A stretch of DNA of 64,000 bases from Setoptus koraiensis (Eukaryota; Animalia; Arthropoda). Under the pieces are notes generated by a model. It had not been told where the DNA came from and made no database searches. It worked only from the letters and a program-made list of their open reading frames with translations. Each line of letters starts with the position of its first letter. The stretch's first letter is position 1. The translations under genes and the position numbers were made by a program. The DNA is taken from assembly GCA_048013815.1 (NCBI GenBank), contig CM106586.1, positions 13,082,001 to 13,146,000 of the forward strand. The letters run 5' to 3'. This document shows positions 14,831-28,267 of the stretch, one piece after another.

Positions 14831-16234
14831 CTGAAACTGTTTGCGCAAAACTGTTTGCAACAGCAAGGTGACAATTCAAACAATCGAGTTGCTGCCAGTT
14901 GGTTGGTTCAGTTCAGTCTGGTTCGGTTTGGTTTAAAATAAAAAATTCATGCGCATCAATTAGTTGCTGGCGCGCACAGAGAACAATGTTGCCGATTTTT
15001 CAGTTTAAAAGCAAAATGATAATAAAAGTTTTAAATTCTCGTCTTATCGATGCGCATTCGGCGCATTTACATTGTATCGCGAACAATTCACGCGCACGAG
15101 CAATGCGATGCGCGCGCATCTCCATTGTAACCTATCATTGTTGATACTATCAACTTGATAGTATCAACAATGACAAGTTTGTTTGTGTGGCGTCGCGGTG
15201 TGTGTGTGTGTGTCAAATTGAACCATACAAGCCGCAGCCAACCTGCCAGTGCGTGCGTGTACGTTGTACCGCTCCGTTGCGACCGTCAATTGTTGCGCAA
15301 CAGCCCGTGCAAATGGCGAGCAAACGGAGGGTAATTCGCTTGCACTTTGTGACAGCGTCTTGACAGCGACGCTGCATTCGACGAAAGTATTCTCTCGGAA
15401 GTATTTCGCCAGTTCGTTGGCTGCGACCGGCGTGAGACTGAGCTGGCCAGATTCGAGCCACCGCGTGCTTGTTGCTGCTTTGTAGCACGTGTAGCACGTG
15501 TAAATCGCGAATAAATTGGACGATAAATGAGCGCCAGATGCGCTCATTTATTAGCAATTATAGTTGCCATCAACGCGCAACATTGCGCCTTGCGATAGTC
15601 GTCACTGTTGCGCAATGCACTGATAATTGATAGCACCAGCGTCCATGAATATCCAGCAGCAGTAACAACAAACTGTTGTTTATTGTGTGACGCAACAACA
15701 GCACACAAACAAACAATCGGACGAGCCGAGAGTGACTTTAATTGTTCTCGGCGCTGTCTAAGCACCGTGAGAACTGTCCACTGCTGGTGCTGTCCAGTGT
15801 CTGGTGTGACGTCTCATTTTTGCGCCACTCAAAGGGCCCTCGACACTGCGCGCTCGACAATAAACGCCCGATTGGGGCGCCCGCGCCGCGCCGCCTATTA
15901 CGTTCTTATTTGTTAAGGGTATTTATTAAGCGTCTCGTCGGGAATGTGTGTGGTTGTTGCGGCCACCAGTGTCGTGTGTGGCCGCCACTTTGCTCGGACT
16001 GGCCGCACGGACTGGCCGCACGGACTGAACGCGCGGACTGGCCGGCGGCGTGCGCAAGTGGCTACAGTGTAGAGACAGTGTGTAAAGATTGTAATTGCCG
16101 GACGCGCCGGCACTCACAACTCAATTGCGAGTCGTTTGCGCGAGGCCGCCAATAAATCATTGAGATCGCCGCGAATATCCGCCAATACGCGCCATCTAAT
16201 GAATGGATGTCGCTCTGCGCGCCTGTCGATTTAT

Positions 16235-16370
16235 TTTTTTATCGGTCCACTCGTCTATTCGTCTATTTGTCCATTGGTCTGTCTATCTGTCTATCAGTCT
16301 ATTCGTCCATTTGTCTGCCTATCAGTCTATTCGTCCATTTGTCTGCCTATCAGTCTATTCGTCCGTCTGT
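16235..16370. repeat. Minisatellite, about 28-bp unit built from 4-bp words
   Basis: CTATCAGTCTATTCGTCCATTTGTCTGC repeated about 3 times with degenerate flanks. Confidence 0.8.
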
Positions 16371-16895
16371 CGGTCTGGCTGGCTGGCTGGCCGGCCATTT
16401 GTCCGCCTGCGAGCCAGATAAAATCAGAGTGCCGCAGAGAGCGATTGTTGAGCAATCGCCGCCATCGCGAACTTTATGCCCAACGATTGTGACTCGTTAG
16501 CTGGCCCCCAACAAAGCTCATTAATGAGATTAAAAGCACATCACCATCAGATGGCGCCTGGCGATTGCCGGCTCGGCGTCACCTGTAAATGTAAGCCACA
16601 GATGGATAGACAGATTAAGCGCGGACAGTGAATGGCCAGTTGTGGTTGTGGTGCGCGACAGGAGAAACGTTTGCTATTTCGATTGATTCTCACGCACAAA
16701 ACTTGAATCAAAATTGACAGTTGATACAGTGAGTGGTCATCATAATGACAATTTATTTTGCACACTATAATTTCTCTGATTTGATTTTGTGATTTTTGTG
16801 TGCACTTGTTATCTCGATGGCGAGCCATGCGCCACAAGTGCCGTTTGCTCTAGCAACCGTATCTATTGGGTGTAGTGATCACTGTGATAACGACT

Positions 16896-17009
16896 GCAGT
16901 GTTCTCTAGCGGCCAGAGTCCGGCAGTGTCCTCTGGCGGCCAGAGTCCGGCAGTGTCCTCTGGCGGCCAGAGTCCGGCAGTGTCCTCTGGCGGCCAGAGT
17001 CCGGCAGTG
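16896..17009. repeat. 27-bp minisatellite, about 4 copies
   Basis: GGCCAGAGTCCGGCAGTGTCCTCTGGC at 16911, 16938 and 16965, with partial units at each end. Confidence 0.92.
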
Positions 17010-18816
17010 GAGTTCAGTGGAGAGCAATAATAGCGACCAACAGCAAGCAACAAGGTGAGATATGGCGCTGGCGACCGCGCTCGGTCAAGATGCCCATAAA
17101 GTTATTAATTGGTTTGGTGGCGATCGTTTGTTGGCTTGGACGCGATCCGACGCGCCGAACAAAGGGCCGTCATATATCAGCGCGGAGCAGATATATGACG
17201 CACAATAATGATGATGATAATAATAATAATAATAGTGATGGTCATAATGGCAGCGAGCCGGGCAACTAGAGCGCTATAATTAGACGCGAGCATTAGATTA
17301 GAGCGAGGCTGCATTGGACGAGAGCGCCAACAAACAAACAAACGAGCGAGGTCAAGTGCACCAATTTATGTGACAATAATAATTGTCGCATAAATTGAGC
17401 GACGCGGCCAGGCCAGCGCCAGTGGCCATTAAATGGCCATTTTGCGTATGTGGCGGCCAGTGTGGCGACAATAAAATAAAAGTAAATTTGATGAGATCGC
17501 GGCCAGAAATCAAATTGTCATGTCACCGTGTTGTGTGACTTATAGGCCGATCGGGCGATATCAGCAGTTTGATGTTGTGATTGATGGCCAATCGGGCCGC
17601 GATTGTTGCCAGCAACAATATACACACTAGACACAATATACACACTATACACGATATACACAATATATACGATATACGGGGCGAGCTCGAAATGGTCACT
17701 TGTTGTTTGTTTATTGTGACACGACTGACACAACAAAGCCAATCGGTGCTTTTAGAGCGATGCCAATATAACAAGTGACACCAATATCGAGAGCCACACC
17801 GGTGCGTGGTGAGCGGGCGCACTTGCCGGCGCGCCGATGACCAATTTGCGGCCAATTGAGCCGGTCGCTTATCTGGCGACAGAGCCGCTGCCACAGAGAT
17901 CAAATGGCTCAGATAACTTATAACATTCCTGTGTCCGGCCCTGAATCAATCACCTGTGCGCGCCGAAGTGGGCAGCTCGCGAATTGTGCGCAGCGCGCAT
18001 AAACAAACAGATAAAATCGCTCACATTATAGCAACATTATATATGTCGCGATATATTTGTGTGCGCGTATATGTGTACACGTGGGCGAGCGACAGAAATG
18101 ATGACGGGCCCGAGATGGATAAATGTGCCCGTGACAGATAGTGTAATTGTTGTTACGTTGCCAGCAAAACGAATTGACTGAATCGGCGGCGGCGGCGGCG
18201 GCGGCAACGCGCGGAATTCGCGAGCGTCACCTGAGCACACTGTTCGATTGGCATTCTTTTTGGTGCCAGCAGCTCGCTTAATTAGCCACCACAACCACTT
18301 GTTGTTGTCTGCTGCTGCTGCCGTTGTTGCCCGTCGACGTCGCTGTAGCCGGTTGCCGCTGGCGCAGCTTATCTTGGCGATCATCTTTGCTGACCACTGT
18401 CCAGTGTGCGCCGGCCACTGCGCGCTGGCCACTCGTTATCTGGTGGCGCCAGCAACGCGCACATTTGGCTGAGTTTGGGCCGAGCCTGGCTGAGTTGGAC
18501 CGAATTTGGGCCGAGAAAAAACTCCGTTCGGCCGGCTCGTTTCTGCCTAAATGCGATGCGTTTGTGCGTATAAATGCATTCGCGGCACAGGTTGGCCATT
18601 GTTTATTGGTGGCGCTTTTTATCTGCCGTTCAATTCTGGCTCGCTCTCCCGAATTAGTAATATATGACCGTGCGAGGGATGACAATTGCTCTTTTTCGCG
18701 GCCCGTCCGCACGCCTTCCCGTGGCCTGCCGCGCCCTCCGTTGAGCCCTGCGTCGCCCCTCCGGAGCCACTCTCGCCATACCTCACAATGCCCCACAGCG
18801 CCTCTCAATGAGACAA

Positions 18817-18900
18817 TGCCCCTTCGGTATGGGAATGCCCCCTCGGTATGGGAATGCCCCTTCGATACGGGAATGCCCTCTCGATGCCGGAGAGAATGCC
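18817..18900. repeat. 19-bp minisatellite, 3-4 decaying copies
   Basis: YTCGGTATGGGAATGCCCC repeated. Confidence 0.85.
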
Positions 18901-19527
18901 GGCCGACCAGACTGCGCTCAATCGAGCATTTAGATTAATGGCTTCGACAACGGGCGGCCGCGCTGATTTATCGGCCTCTGGCGCGCACACAATTGAACAC
19001 GACAACCTTGCGGCCCTCACCTGTTCTAATGGACGCAACTCACAATCAGTCACTGTTGCACACCACAATCGCCCCGGCCACCTAGTGACTGGTCGCGGCG
19101 GCTTGACATGCTCGTCCGTGTCACGACGGCGACACCCGGCCAGCACAATCGCCGATTCGTTGGTAAGCCACACAACAAAGAGCCACACCTGGCCGCGCTC
19201 GAGTTCTTGGCCAATTTATCTCGCAAATTTTTGTCGGCACGCGGCCAATAAGCAGCCACGATTATCTAATGAGCGCCAGCCGTTTCGCCGTCAGCTAAGA
19301 CCACATTTTGCTGCAATTTCTGGCTAGAGGGCGCGCTCGCCGCCGAGCCCTCTCAGAGGAAATGGTCGACGATGCTGGCGACGACACAAATGTGACCAGC
19401 GATGACACAAATGTGACAGCGATGACAATGCACGCCGGCGCGAAAATTTTGTGGCCCGAAAATATCGCCTCAATTATTTTATCGCTGCCGGCCATCGCGC
19501 TCTGCAGCCGAAATGAACACGAGTAAA

Positions 19528-19690
19528 CATCTGCGAAATCTGTGGAAAATTCGCGAATTCCGAAAAAGAAAGTTGCGAAATTCGGGGCGAAATTGCGGAA
19601 TTTGTTGAAAATTTGCCAAATTTGAGGGAAACTTGCAAAATTCGGGGCAAAGTCGCCAATTGGCGCAAATTTGCGCCAGACTGCCCCGAT
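19528..19690. repeat. Degenerate GCGAAATT/GCAAAATT short-period array
   Basis: Recurrent CGAAAT/CAAAATT words; resembles the 23184-23415 tract. Confidence 0.55.
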
Positions 19691-22600
19691 AAAATCTCGA
19701 CACTGTGGTATGGCGCGTGAGAATGTCGAGTATCGCTGGAAAGTGTGTCAATCGGGGCAGATTTGTGCGTTTAATGGTGTGGTTCGCTGTATATGGGCAC
19801 ATGGGGTATTGTACAGCTCTGCGCCGACAAGCTCGCAAAACAATGCCGGTGCGACACAAACTGACAGATATAGAGTGATGTCCATTGTCGAATGCGAGAG
19901 TTGCTGGGGCCGAATTCGCTGTTCGCTCACAAGCAAACAGATCCGCGCCATTGGCCGGAGCCCACGGGAGGTCGCCTCCATCGTTGCATTGTTTGGCCGA
20001 ATTAGATGAATTGTCGTGGTTGTCGTGAATAGAATTAGCGACAAGAAGAATGCGTTTTGGCCCAGAAGCGCATAAAACAAGGAGATACGCCGAACGAGAG
20101 AGAACAAGTTTGCAGACCCGCAGTTGCACTCGACGGCAACATGAGCGCCAGCGAGTTAACGAACGACTTGAAAGAATTGAAGTCGCTCGAAGAATTTCTC
20201 TCTATCGCTGCTCTAAATCATGTTCTCTGTTGCTCGTGTTGCGTGAGAACTGACCATTTAAGTCGATCGGGCCACTTGTTGTCGTCGTCGTCGTTGTTGT
20301 CGTCGTCGTTGTCTCGGTCGTTGTTGTCTCGGTCGTTGTTGTCGCTGTTGCCGATGTCGATGGCGACACGGAGATAGGCCCTGGCGCGCTGAACTTGTTG
20401 TATCAGTGGCCTTTGTGATTGCGCTTTAGGCTGGCCTCGCTCACGAGTCGCTTTGGCTCCTTGGATTAAGATTTATTACGTCATTCCAATTGTCAACAAA
20501 GGAATGTCACCTGATATTTATCTATTGCGTATGCGGTTATCGCGATGGTGGCGCGCTCAGTTGCTAGCGACAACAGCCACAGACAGTGAGCAAGCCTAAA
20601 CCAATGATAACAATTCCAGCAGCCATAATCTTTGGCACTGACTCAGTGAATTCCTCTGTCACTGCGCAATTTGAGCGCTCATGGTCGCGCTCACCTGGTG
20701 TCCCACGGGCGCAGCGCCGGAGACCACTGGCGTTTCGAACAGGTGAGTTCGAGTGAAATGAATTCGAGACCACAAATCCAGCTGATGAGCAGTGAGTCGT
20801 TGATTGCGACACACAAAGACAACGGTTCGTATGGTTGGAACGGTGACCACTGCTTGTGTTGCATGAACGGCGAAACAATGTCGGCGAGACAATTCGCATA
20901 ATTCGACACTGATTAATATCCGTGGTGCAACGTGATTGCGAGCAACTTTGTGACTGTTTGAGTCGTGAATCGTCGAGTTGTGTGTCGAAATTTTTAAATT
21001 TCAAATGCAAATCTCTCTGTGCAAATGAAAACTTTCCTCCGCGACTTGGCCACCGATGACTGCCAGTGCGTGGGACCGATCTAGCCAATTATCGCACGAT
21101 AAACAGATCGACGACACTTATCACAACAGTATCACACTCACCGAGCCGAGTCAGCACGGGCGGCAACAACACAGAGTGGCGGATAATTCTCGGATAACTC
21201 TCGGATGAGTCGCCGACGACTTGCCGATAAGTCGCCAAAAGAAGCCGGGTTTGCTGAGAATAAAGTTTGCAAAAATGGCGCAAACAGCAAAACGGCGAAA
21301 CGGCCAAATGGCAAATTCGGGCCGCCCATAAACAATGCGCGCTCGCCGACAGGTGACGCCAGCCGGGATAAGCGCTTGCCAAGTTGTGCCGCGAGGTGGT
21401 TATGTAACTTTTGCCACATTGTGTTACCCTGTGTGTGTGTGTGTGTGTCGGTCTCGTCGTCGGCCGCGGCGGCCCGATTGAGCAGCGATCCAATCGATGA
21501 CGCAACCATTGGCCGGAGCTCACAACAACGACGGCAACATTTCATCGAGATTAAGGATTAGCTGTGGTTATTATCACGATGACGACGCCGATTATCTTTG
21601 CTCTATTCTGTTCTCAGTTGTATTTGGCTGTTGTTGTCCGGTGTGTTTGGCTTGTTGCTGTCATCGTGGTCATCATCGGCGTCGAGATTATTTGAGCATC
21701 CCATTGAATGGCATGCGGCAACGAGCGACGGGGCAATAATGAGCGCCGGTCATAATGAGAATAATAATAGTCATGACGACGATAATAATCGCGCCCGTCA
21801 CTGATGATGATTAATGACAACCGATGGCGCCCAATGCATCATTGGGCCGCGCTCGTTGGCTCGCTGCGCCAAAGTGGCTTAATACCGATAATAATAGCTG
21901 GCAATAATCAATAAAAATAATCGCCGCAACGATACACGCAACAACAACAACAACAACAACCGCGACAACAACAACCGCGACAACAACAGCCACAGTCGAG
22001 CAACAACAGCGACAACAACGACTTTGTAGTGGTAGTTGTGATTTAATCTAGATAAACCCGACACTGCGGCGCTGCCCGTCCCCGCGTAGACCATGTTGAG
22101 TTATGCAAACAACAATTCCAGCTGGAAATTTGAATTCGAACTGCTGCGATTCTTTCAATTCCAACTGTTGCGATTCTTTCTATTCGAACTGCGAGCGGAG
22201 CCCACTGTTTGGCGCCATCGATCATAAAAAAGAACGAGCCACTGGAGGGCAATGACAGAAGGAGAAGAATTAAAGTTGCCTCCTCATTTGTGCTCATTAT
22301 TCTCTCTCGCTTGATTATATGATTATAATGAGATGCTTTAATTGAATTCTGCGCCATTGTCAGCTGCCCACTGGCTAAATGCGCGTCGTGCTTGTTTGTG
22401 TCGTTGTTGCACTAGGACGTTTAATTGTTAATTGATTGTGTGTCATTTTAATGACCTTTAATTCCCGATTGGTGGCTGCCGAGCCGAGCTCGTTATGTGC
22501 CCGCGTCGCCGCTCTCACGACAATAATCCGCTGGTGCCGCTGCCGACCGGCAGCCGGGTAACAATGCCGCTGCAAAAATGGAGACGCACAAAGATAAAAC

Positions 22601-22848
22601 TACAAACACAAATAGATAATAAATTTGAGGCGAGCCAAGGCTGCGAGTTTCGGCCCGCTTCGGCCGGCTTCGGTCGGCTTCGGTCAGTTTTGGTCAGCTT
22701 CGGCCAGCTTCGGAAACGGTTTCGGAAGGCCCGAAATGGCGCACAAATTAACTGCTGCCCCTGAACGAATGATGAACGGGAACAATCCGTCGATTTGTGC
22801 CCGCGCCGGCCACGGAAGCGCGTGGCCCTTCCGCTGGCCGGCGCACTT

Positions 22849-22910
22849 GTCGCATTTCGGTCAGTCGCATTTCGGTCGGTCGCATTTCGGTCGGTCGCAT
22901 TTCGGTCGGG
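22849..22910. repeat. 15-bp minisatellite, 4 copies
   Basis: GTCGCATTTCGGTCR repeated. Confidence 0.9.
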
Positions 22911-23183
22911 CGCATAGTTGCGAGCATGCGTTTTTTAGTGTTCATATGCACGCACTGTTTATATGTGGCGTTTATATATGGCAGCGGCCGGACGATGATA
23001 ATAAAACGGCCATAGCGACCATAACTGGCGCGTCGATACGCTCGCTTTCGCAAACAATTAAACTCGAATCAATTAAATAGCGCCCAACAATCGAGGCCGA
23101 AATCGCCTAGCCGAAGCGCGGTGCGTGGGCCCGAGCGCGGCCCGTCGCGGGCCGCAAAACGGTGCCAAATGTGCGCGCAACGA

Positions 23184-23415
23184 AAAATTTCGGGCAAATT
23201 TCTGTCAATTTTGGGCAAATTTCGGTCAATTTCGGGCATTTTTCGAGCAAACTTCGGGCTACTTTGGGCAAATTTCGGACAAGTTTCGGGCTACTTCGGG
23301 CAAGTTTCGAGCAAGTTTCGGGCAAAAATTTCACGAAAACCTCGCAAAACCGGGCAAAAACTCGACCGAGTGCGACAACTGGGCGACGCTTGGCCAGGCA
23401 AGAATTCGGGCAAAA
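23184..23415. repeat. Degenerate 10/11-bp tandem array
   Basis: 13 consecutive units of consensus AAATTTCGGGC, 10 or 11 nt long, followed by decayed units. Confidence 0.88.
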
Positions 23416-24499
23416 AAACATGCGCTGTTGTGTTGCCGGCAGGATGCATTATTGTCATATTGTATGCAGACGAGCGGATCGGTTCGTGTGGCCGAAGCGA
23501 GCCCGGTTGACGGTGGTTCGGCGATCGCGAAACGAGCCACAGGCGCCACCACCAATGACAATTGTCACTATTATCTGCGTTATATATCAATTTAAACGCG
23601 CACGCCGAATCATTTTTGGAAGCGGCCATCAATCGCGGGCTGGCATTCTTTGAAACAAAGAGTGGCCGCTAATAGATTTTTTTCTCTCCGTGTCTCCGTT
23701 TGCGTGGGCTGCTGCGAGCGGCCGCGATTCGCTGGCGTTCTTTGCACCGAAGCGCAAAGAACGCCCGAGAATCGCAAAGAACGCCACGAGGAATTTGCCC
23801 GATCGATAACAGGTCGCGCTGCTGTCAAACAGGAATCCGTTCGACAATCGCCGGCCAGGCACCCTTTATCTCGCTCGGGCAAATATGTGGTGGTGGTGGG
23901 AATGGCAAACAATCGGCGCACGGAGCGGCGGCATTTTCCGGCAAACCGAAATGGCCCGACTAATCGCGAGATGCTAATCGCGTCACTTACCTTGATGGTC
24001 CGACAATTGTCGCTCCGCTTCGAAATCGGCCCTCGTTTTGTACTGCACTTGTGCTGTTCTGAGTCACCTGAGATTTTCGTCTTGATAATCTTGACTGTTT
24101 GCCGACGATACGTTGCGATGGGCCGACAATGGCTGGCGTGCACTTTTGACAATCAACGGTCGATCTGCTGGTCGGGTTAGCTCTTGCGGCAGCACTTTGC
24201 GGGTCGTCGTGTTAAATAATCAGTTAATCGCATTATAAGTTATTATTAGTTGCACCAGGTTGTTGTTGTTGTTGCTGCTGTTCGTTGTGCAAGTCTCGCG
24301 AGGGATTGTGTTACAGTGTTGCCACAACAAATGCGTTTAAATAACAGGCTGATTGTTGATTGATTTGCGCTAATTATTGAGCTTAAGCCGGCAACAATCT
24401 AATTGGAGTCAACAAGCCGCCAGTCGCTTGTTGTGCGACTATCGCAGTGTCTAGTTACTGGCTCTTGGCTGGCTCCTGGCGGGGCACGGGCTGATTTTG

Positions 24500-24578
24500 G
24501 CGTTTTGTGGCGTTTTGTGGCGTTTTGTGGCGTTTTTGGCGTTTTTGGCGTTTTTGGCGTTTTTGGCGTTTTGTGGCG
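24500..24578. repeat. 9/10-bp tandem array
   Basis: GGCGTTTTGT and GGCGTTTTT units. Confidence 0.9.
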
Positions 24579-27535
24579 ATACTTTTCTCGTTGGCGCAGA
24601 TAGATTAGATTTTGCGAGCTTATGTGTCCACCGGCAGGCGCTGCCAATGAGACAATTGACAGCACACAATCGCAATCCTGTTCCGCAAAACTCTGCGGCT
24701 ATACAGCCAATTCGACAAGTATTTCACACAAGCGAAAAGTTTAGATGTGGCGACACGCTCGCTAAATGGCGACTATATGCCACTATGCCCAATGAGAGAT
24801 GTAATCAATAATTATAATAATGATAATCGATTAATTAAACACAAGGCTGACAAGTTGTTTTTTGCTAACGTCAACTCTTTGTTAACTTGAATGCTGGTGT
24901 TGATATTAATATTAATGCACACACTAACGCTAACTTGCAACTGCAAACTACGACCATCTAAACAAACACGACACAAATATTGTCAATATCCAAAGATGTT
25001 AACAACTATATTTAATACAATTATTTCCCGTCGTCTTGCCACTCGCATTTGTTTGTCGCTGCTCATTATCTACAACATTGTGTAGTGCCATAATACTGCC
25101 TTGTCAGCTTGTATCGGAATAAAGCGCCGCGAATTGCCCGTGTGAATTGTGTGAATGAAGCAAAAGAAAAGAAACAAAAAATTATCATACAAACAAGCGA
25201 CTGTTTTGTACTTTATTTATCTTTTTCGTATTCGTATTCGTCTTCGTCGTCGTATTCCGAAATTGCCCCGCGTGATCTTAATGGTCTCAGTGGTTTTATT
25301 TGACGATTTTACGATCTCGCCTTATCTGTTCTCCGTCAATGTTCTCCGATACTTGGATACTTCGAGAGCGTTCGCTGATGTGATTATCCAACGCCGACTA
25401 CTAGTGTGCCAACTCGCTGCCGATCGTTCGGCCTTGAACTTGAAATCAACTGCCGAGCTGTTTTGGGCCCTCTCTCTCTCTCTCTCTCGCACTGTTGAAT
25501 TGTGTGCGATTCTCTCTATTGTACTTTATAATGAATCTACAATATCAATTAAACCGCCAATTAACTGAGCCACTCACAATAACAGGTTAGTTAGCCGACG
25601 ACGTGACATGACGTTACGTGACGCAACGACGTCGCATACGCCGACGTTGCTTGCGCTGATGGGTTGCTCATGACGAGCGATCTTGACAAGCGACTGTCGA
25701 CTTGTTTTATTGTCATTGTAGTTGTAGGTTGTTTCAGGGCGACACGTTTGTTTGTTGCAGCGCCGCATCACATCGCCATCCACTAATGATAATCAGGCTC
25801 GTTTTGACTAAGGCACTAATGCCCGCCGACCAAAAACCAAAAACCATAAGCCACACAACACACACCGTGCCGTGTCAGCCGTCAGCTATCAACTTGTCAA
25901 CTGACAATTGAGGCGCCTCATGACAAGACGGGCGCCCCCATCCGTTGGTCGGTTGGTCGCAAACGAGCCACAAGGTGCCACAAGTGGTGCACAAGTCACA
26001 AATCACAAATCACAAATGGCGTTCATTCACGGGCACTGATTTCATTATATAATGTTATTTGTATATATAATACAAATAACAGGTAACAAGAGCCACATGA
26101 GACACATGAGATGGTATTGAGGTTGCCAGAATGAGCAGAGTGTGGCAACCAATTTATCAATTAGATTACTGTCTAGATACAATCTAGTCAAGTGCAAATA
26201 AATATGCGTCTGTTGAGGCGATGATATTGATTTAAAGCGTTCACCTGAGCACTACAAAGTGAGCGCTGCAAAGTGAGCACTCTCAAGTGAGCACTGTAAG
26301 GTGAGCACTGGATATTCGCGCAACAATCTTAATGGATAGAGATAAATTTGGCTGCATTAAATCAAGCTAATAATACACAACTAACGCCTGGTTAGCTAAT
26401 GAACAAGTTGTTGTTGGCGCTGCTATTCTTTTTGTTCATTATTGTGGTTGGCGTTATTATTGGTGCGCTCATTGTTGTTGTGCTCGCTTTAGTGGTATTT
26501 GGTTAGTATTTGATACCTGGCTGTCATATTAGAAGAATAACAAATAGCAGGAAATCATTGCTAGCATCATTGGCTCGGCAATCAGCGACAACTTTTAGAT
26601 TAATCATCTAGATAATATCACACACAATCATCACCTGCTTTGGTATTTTTATTAATAAACGCTCACACATACTGCAGTTTGCAAGGCACACACTCGGCGA
26701 CAAGGTAAAGTGATTTTAATAATGATGATATATTATTAACGAGCTCTCTCTCTCATGACAACAACAGCAACCACAACAGCAACAGCGGCAACGGCAACTC
26801 TTGCAACCGCGATGCATTCGCGGGCAGAGATTCTCTGCTAGAGAAGCATCGCGCAAAATCACTGCGCGTTCGGGGGCTTTTTCACTAGCGATAAGATAGA
26901 GACAAGAAACAAACAAAAAATTTCTTACCTTTATTTGTTTGCTGTCGCTGGTGACGAGCGCAGCCAGTAACAAACAAAAAGACGACTTTTGATGGTCCCA
27001 TATACCATCAAAACTGTTGTTTTGGCGCAGCTCAGCCTGCATTGATTGACTTTCGTAATAATTAATCTTGCAATCTTCGCATCGATAGCACTTAATTTCC
27101 CTTTATCCTGTGTCGCAACAGGCATGTTAGTTGCGTATTGTGTTGCGCGCGTAACACCATTGACAGCATTGTATTCATTTTATTTCAATCTTGTAGGCTT
27201 TTTATTTAATTTATACCATCACCGTCGGAACGTTTCGTCGTGAGCAGCAACGAGCGAAACAACAATTGTCGCATTACTGTAGTGGCTTGCGCGCAGCATC
27301 AAAGCAAAAAGTTGTCGGTAGTTGCCAAAACGCAAACAGATGGAGACACAATCTCGCAAACTTTAATCTGATCCCCAAAATTTGTTCCCCTCATGTCACT
27401 CCTGTCACCTGTACAGTTCAACCGGAACTCTAACCCATGGCATAGCGGTGGTCGCAAATAAAGTTGACAATTGGCAATATTTTATTAGAAATATTTTGTA
27501 TATTTTATATTTGTGACACGTCAACACGGCACAAT

Positions 27536-28026
27536 ATGCTAGTGTTAGCGGCGGATAATTTGCTGGCGCTCACTTTGTTTGTTGTCACAGTGGGTTCACT
27601 AGTGGGCACGGTGACAGCTCACATACAAGATCACCATCACCCCAGCGGCAAATACGTAAATGACGTAACTGAGCCCCGTAAAGGTGCCAGCAGTGACGAT
27701 GAGTATGGCCATTATAGTGATCACGAGCATCACCACAATCATCATCACGATCATTATGAAGCTCATCATCATCATCATCATCACCATCAGCATTATAACG
27801 ATAAGCGTGCCACAACAGGTGATGCTAAAATTGAGGCGCTTAGGCGATCGGCGCGCTCGCCAACAACTAATGGCGACAGCAAATTTAACAAGGCTCGCGC
27901 CACAACAAATCAGTTTGTTGGTGATAAGCCGGCCAAATTGCCGGTGCGAAAGTTCAACGCGTCTTGGGTGCAAAGTGACGACAATTTGTCGCCCCAATAC
28001 AGTCATCTCAAGCGGGTCGCCTGCAA
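27536..28026 (+). CDS. Secreted His-rich orphan protein, exon 1 (signal peptide and His-rich region)
   Basis: ATG 27536; MLVLAADNLLALTLFVVTVGSLVGTVTA resembles a signal peptide; His-rich tract; AA|GTGAGT donor in phase 2. Confidence 0.85.
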
Positions 28027-28200
28027 GTGAGTATTTCTGCAATCGACGTGCCGAATAAAATGAATTAATTCATTTTATAACTAATTGGCCGCTGCCAATC
28101 AATCTATTCAACTGTTAGACTGATCAGTAGAGCGTATCAGTTAATTAACCGTGTCAACTGCATTAACCTTGTCAATTACATCAACCGGCCGCCAAACCAG

Positions 28201-28267
28201 ACTGGATAAGCTGGACATGCTGCAAGTGGCCATGATCGGGGGCCTCATCGTGACCACCGGCAACCTT
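28201..28267 (+). CDS. Secreted His-rich orphan protein, exon 2
   Basis: AAACCAG| acceptor, 67 nt, KLDKLDMLQVAMIGGLIVTTGNL, CTT|GTAAGT donor in phase 0; 174-nt upstream intron. Confidence 0.85.

Noticed and set aside
16896-17009. Possible CRISPR-like array (also 32409, 46545, 54428)
   Set aside because: Units are contiguous with no unique spacers, there are no cas genes and the context is eukaryotic.
20141-20377. ORF MSASELTNDLKELKSLEEFLSIAALNH...
   Set aside because: The helical-looking start runs into a TCG/TTG microsatellite; no homology or splice support.
25090-25099. TAATACTGCC and TAATACTGTC (35520) matching miR-8/200 5' ends
   Set aside because: Only 10-nt matches with no hairpin, expected by chance.
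25290-25400. Frame ERSRSIQVSENIDGEQI resembling an Hsp20 segment
   Set aside because: About 33 codons bounded by stops, with no rest of the domain nearby.
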